This document shows, in pieces, positions 11,601 to 17,600 of a stretch of 64,000 nucleotides of DNA. The stretch lies in IMG/VR virus record IMGVR_UViG_3300025446_000005; one strand, written 5' to 3'. The notes under the pieces are model-generated. The model did no database searches. It was given only the letters and a program-made list of their open reading frames with translations, and had not been told where the DNA came from. The first letter of the stretch is position 1. The number at the start of each line of letters is the position of its first letter. The position numbers and the translations under genes were made by a program. The DNA is from an uncultured virus (IMG/VR IMGVR_UViG_3300025446_000005) (Duplodnaviria > Heunggongvirae > Uroviricota > Caudoviricetes).

Positions 11601-14600
11601 TGGGAACGCCCACATAGGCGCGAATGGTCTCGTCGCCCCTGTCCCAGGCCGCCGTCGCCCGGTGCATGCCGTCCACGATGCGCCCCCCTATCACTACAAT
11701 CGGGGGAAACTCGGCGTCCATGTCTTGGTATTCCCGGATAGCCTCCAGGTCCTTAGAGCCTGTAGAGGTCGTGGAACAGTCCGGTATGTACAGGTCCTCA
11801 AGGGGGATGTCCCTGAGGACGTATCGGCTGGCGCTTGATTCGACCAGCTTCAAGAGGTAGTCCAGCCCTCCCGCCTTGCCCTCTACCCCTCCTCTATGCA
11901 ACTTTGCGATGTAGGAGGTTATCCATCCGGCATCGGCCTCCGGTGGATAGAAGGAATCGCCCGCCTGCCTGGGCATGGTACTTCTCTGCGGCGTGACGGT
12001 CGCGAACTTGTCGTCTTTTGCTTTGCACAGGATAGACGAGGTCTTCATAGGCTTTAAGACGATGACATCTTCTTCCTTTACCTCGATGGGATAGCCGTAT
12101 TCCCAGCTATACGCCTCCGCTTGGTATAGACCATCGACTCTAAACCTTCTTGAGGGGATGCGAATGACAACGGGCTTTCCTCCTTTGGATTTAATGAAGT
12201 TCCTGGCGTACCAAGCGGCAACTGGTTCGGTTGAAAACCACGTTCCGGCCCGCAGGCCCACCTTGAGGATATCCCCCGTGTATGTGCTGGTGGTGCCGTG
12301 GTACAGGAATTCCGGCAATGCCTTGGCCGCTTGCTTGACCAGGGTGCTTCTCTGCGGCGTGACGGTCGCGAACTTCCCGCCGTCCGCCTCGCCCAGGACG
12401 GTGCTGATGCCGTCGTTCATGTATTCGTCGTATATCCTGAAGTGGCTGTCCCACCATTCGTCCTCGGGCTCGTCGGCGGCGTTCCTGCACCCGATGGTAT
12501 GTGTTTCCACCCACCATCCGTCGACGACCTTGGAAGTGCCGCACGCCTCCGCGGATGCGCCCGCCAGCATCCTCCCGGCCTCCTCCAGGACGTGCGGAGG
12601 AGGAGGCGAGCTGGCGACCTTGCGGTGCTGGCGGACCTCGATGGCGGGGTCGTAGCCGTCATGGTCGACGAGGCTCCGCCTGACCTCCTCGGCGTCCGCC
12701 GCCACGGCGGGAAGGCTGTCTATCTTCTGCCCGTCGAGGTAGACGTCCCACCAGGGAGCGGCGTCCTCCCGCAGGATCATGGCGTGCTCCATCATCCTCT
12801 TGGCCGCAACCTCCTCGGGATCGGTCATGTACCTCCGGAAGGACTCCTCGTCCACGAGCTTCGCCAAGTCGGTCTTGACGACCTGCCTCTTTCTGACCGC
12901 GTGGAGGATGTGGGCCCCCTCCTCCAGGATGGTCCTGATCATGTCCTCGGGGCCGAGCCTGGGATTGACGAACATCGCGGGCTCCCCGCGGAACCTGCCC
13001 GCCCCCCCGAAGAACTTCACGTTGGGGTTCTCCACGACCTTGCCGCCCTGTATCGGGCGATCCAGGGCCACGACGGGGACGTCCAGCACCCCCTCGTACA
13101 GCGCCCTGACCTTCCTGCCGACCAGGAGGTCCCCGAGGGTGCCCGCGATCTCCCCGAGGGGGCTCACGGCTATCCTGCGGACGAACCCGTAGTCAAACTT
13201 GGATGGGAAGGCCGTCCGGCCGGGCTGCCCCATGTACCTGTCCCCCGCTTCCTTCGGAACGGAGGCGGCCTTGCTCGTTTCCACCTCGGCATGGTCGGGG
13301 CCCGCCGCTGGCCCCACCGGGGCTTCCTGCACCTCGACCTTCTTCTTGTACAGGGAACCCCTGTCGGTGCCCTCCGCCTTGCAGATCGGGCAATGGCGGC
13401 TGAGGCCGCCAGCGTCCTTGAGTTTTCGCTCGAACCCCCTGGTGACCCCCTCCCATATCCTCGCCACGGTGAAGCTGATGCCGCGCTCCTTGGCGACCTC
13501 CATCAGCCTCACCCAGGACGTGCCCTCGTAGTGCCTCTTTATCCTCGCCATCGGGTCGATGGCGAACCCGCAATAGTGCCTGGTGGCCGCCTGCGACCCG
13601 TGGGGGATGCCGCCGCCAAGGAAGTGGAGCAGGTAGACCGCCCCTAGCTTGCCTTCGTCGGCCGGTGCCCTGGCATACTTGTCCTTCTTCATCTCGCGGA
13701 GCAGCTTGTCAACGTATACCTGGGTGTCCACGGGCTTGCCCACGTTCGTGACCTGGGACGGGTCGAACACGACGAACTCCATGTCCGTAAGGGCGGCTAT
13801 GTCGGTATAGATAAGCCCGTCATGGCCCGCCCTCAGCGCCATGCGCGCCACGGAGCGATCCACCCTGGCCCATTCCTCCTGCGTCTGGGGCGGGCCCGTG
13901 TCGTCGGAGAGGGCCTTGTCAAGGTCCTCCATACCGGGAAGGCCGGTCAGCTTTTTGGTGGCGTCCCATTGGTCCTCCGCCACCAGCGGGTTCGCCATGC
14001 GCAGCGTCGCCACGACGTAGTGCGTCCCGTATTCGGGAGCGGGATCCTCCGAGAAGAACGCCCCTCCCTCCCCCCACTTTATCCTTCCATCGGCCCCCGT
14101 GACGTGGTATCCCTTGAAGATGGCGGGCCTTCCGGTGCGGAACCGTCCCTTGTCGTACTTGAAGGCCGTCATCGTCCTCCATGCCTTCGGGGCCGTCCTC
14201 CATCCATAGCCTCCCTTCTTCCATGCCACGATGAGGGGATGGACGCCCTCCTTCAGGCGAATCTCCCGTTCCTCCTCCCCCGTGGAAGGGGCCATGTTGG
14301 CCTCGAACGTGCCCTCCCAGTCGATGTCGTCCCTGCCCACCTGGGCCTTCAGCAGGATTTTTTCCGTCCCCAGGCCGAAGCTTCCCCAATGGGCCTCGGC
14401 GGCGGCCTCGTCCCACGACCAGAAGATTCCGATCTTCTTGGGATTGACGGCCTTCCTTCCCCCGACCAGGGACAGCATCCGGTAGACGGTCAGGGGGAAC
14501 GTCCATCTCCCGTGCTGGCGCAGCAGCTCGTCGTAGCGGCCCTTGAGGTGCTCCTCGGCGTTCCCGTAGATCCACTTCGCCTGCTCCTCCTCGGGAAGGG

Positions 14601-17600
14601 CGTCGAACTCCCTCGTCTCGTCGACGTCGGACGGCTCCCACTGGTCCCACGAGTCCACGTCCCGCACCATCCCCTCGATGCCGCCGTGCTGGCGCTTCCA
14701 TTCCTCCCATGACGGCATCCCCTCCATGATCCCCGCCGTCTTCGGGTAGAGTGCGCCCTCGTCGATGTAGTATCCCCCGTCGTCCCCTTCCCTTTCCTCC
14801 GGGTCGGTGAGCGGCCTGTCGGCCTCCCCAACGTACCCCTCCGGCGTCATGGCCCACATCGCGTCCTCGGTCAGCCTCGTCCACTGTCTGCCGTCCCAGA
14901 CTTGCAGCCGGGCGGCGGGGATGCTCCTCTCGGTGAAGAAGGCGTCGGCGACGGCGTCGCCTGTCCCCACTTCGTCGGGCTGGACCTTCAGGCGCTTTGC
15001 CTCCTTGGTGCGGAGGATCACGGGGACGAGGCCATCCTCGACCGGGCTGTCGGAATTGTGGTATGCCCACTGGACCGCCCGCTGGTACCAGAAGCCCACC
15101 CCGCGCCATTCGGTCAAGAAGCTCCTTCCCTTCGTGTGCCAGCCATAGAGCCCCCCGATGCTCGCCGGGTGGCCGGTTTCAAGCCCGAGCCAGATGATGT
15201 CCTCCAGCCGGTTGAAGTAGGTCACGTGGTAGAGCCAGTCGCCGGTGGCCGCCGTCTTTGCCTGTTCCTCCAGCTCCTCCAGGGAAAGCCCCGTCCTGTT
15301 CCCGTCGATGCACTCGGGCTGGGTCCCGTACCCGCCGATGGCCTCCCCCTCGCCAAGGTCCGGGAACTCGTTCTCGCGGTGCGGCGTCTGCTTGTGGGAG
15401 GCCGTGACCATCTTGTTCATCGTCCTGAAGTCGTTGTCCTTCGGCTCCTCGATGCCAGTCAGCCGGATCCTGGCCCCGGGCACCAGGCGTATCTCGTCCT
15501 CGTCGGGGTCCTTGGCGTTGGCATGCAGGGTGCCCTCCCAGTCCACGTCGTCCTCGCTCAGCACCTCGGCCCGCAGGGTGACGATCCCCCCTTCCTCCCC
15601 CCCGACGCTCGGCGTCCATATCGACGACGGGCCCCAGTAGGACTGGGCGCTGTCTACGTTGTCGCTCCAGTATATCCCCACGTTTTCCAGGTTGACTTTC
15701 TTCCCGGCAGGCACCTCCAGTTGCCGGTAGACCGTCAGGGGGAACTTTATGGAGTTGAGGTACTCCACTTGGTCCGGAAGGGCCCATTCCCGGATTTTTA
15801 AGTCAGCGCCTGCACTCAAGCCAAGGCCCTCCAGGTATTTCCTGGGCGAGCGGGGCATCTCGACCCTCCGCCTGGCGGACGCCGTGACGGGCGCTTTCGG
15901 GGCGAGGAGCGGGCTCCCCGGCTTGGGCTCCTTGCCTGCGGTCGGCGCGGGCACGAGCCACCTGCGGTACTGCTGGAAGTTGGCGACCGCCCAGTCCACC
16001 GCGTCCTGGAGGCGTTCCGCCTCGAACACGGGCCTCCCGTTGCCCCCCTCCGGCAGGCACCATTTCCCGTATATCTCGCAGATGGAGACGATGTCCCTCG
16101 CGTCCCTGCCCCAGAAGATGACCTGGTCCTCCTCGTCCCCGTAATGGTGAATCCTGATTCCCGATGCCCTGAAAAGCACGGCATGCTTGCCGTATTTCCC
16201 CTCGATGCGCCCCGCCTCGTCCGCTGGGACGGCGAAGTTGTATCCCCCGGTCTTGGCCTTGTCGGTGAAGTAGGTGATGAGCCCGAGGCGGGCCAGGTCC
16301 CACATCCCCCTCGTGAACCCATGAAGGGATATTTCGCCGGGCTCGTCGGTCTTGTGGACGAGCCACTGGTTCCTGACGATGCCCTCGTATTCCATGTGCA
16401 TGAAGGACGGGGCGTCCATGGGATCATCATCCACGGCCCTCATTCCCTCGTCGCTCCTCAGGAACTGCTCGCACATCGCAGGCGGCAGGCCGGAGAACAT
16501 GTCGTTGTCGATGAGGTCCTCCAGGTCCTTGGGGGCCTTCCAGCCCTCGGGCAGCTCCTGCCCGGATAGCCAGTCGAAGAAGCGATGCGGGAACTGGCGG
16601 GCCAGCTCCTCGCCCTTTTCGGCGTCCGTCATCGTCAGGTAGCCTTTCAGCCACGCGAGGTCCTGGCGCACGAACGCCTTCTTTAGGCTCCCCACCTTTG
16701 CTCCGTCCGGATTGCACTGCGGGCAGGCGCAGCACGGGCACTTAGGGTCGCCGCAGAAGGCGTGGTACTTCTCGTGTCCCGGCTGTCCTGGCCGGACGAC
16801 GTTCACGTCCGGCTTCCCGAACTGGTCGTGCGTCCCGTCGATAACGGTTCCGTCCTTGAGGACGTTCCATACGTGGTCGAGATGCCCGAAGTTCGGCCTC
16901 CGCCCGTGTGGGGCGGGAATGCCATCAGGAAGGTAGAAACCGCCTTCGATGCCCCAGCCGAATTTCTTGGACGCCGCCTCCGACACGAAGCCGCATTGCC
17001 CTTCGCTGGCCGCCGCGGAGGCGCTCTCGTCCATGCGTATGCTCCCCCGAATCCTGCGGAGGGCGTCCAGCACTTCGGGCGTCGGCATCGTTTCCTTCCC
17101 GCTGGCCGTAATGCTAAGGTCATCCGGATCGAATGTCCCGGTGTTCCTGTCGGCGGACTTGACTTGGCTGGGGCTGAAGATAACATAAACGTCGCTTTGA
17201 GTCGCCCCGTCATAGACGTCCCTGGCGATGATGCCGTCCCGCCCGTTCTTCTTTGCCCAGTCGAACTCCGCCTTGCGGGGGACTATGCCGTCGAGCACGA
17301 GCGGGTTTTCGATCTTGAGGTACACCGCCATGACATGGGTGTCGGTGCGAAGCTTCCTGTTGTACATCCGGGCTTGGCTCTTGGCCTCTTCCTCGGCCTT
17401 CTCGATGGTGGGGTAGGGGCCGACCGAGAAGATCGGCTCCTCCCGGAGGGTAAAGACCGCCGCATAGAACTCTCCGTCCTTGCCGTATCCCTGAATGCTT
17501 GCCTCGTCCGCCTTCTTCTTGGGGCCCGAGTCAGAGAAGAACCTGGCATTGTCCTTGCTGGACGTGAACCAGATTCCCTTTTCGACACCCGCCGCACCGG

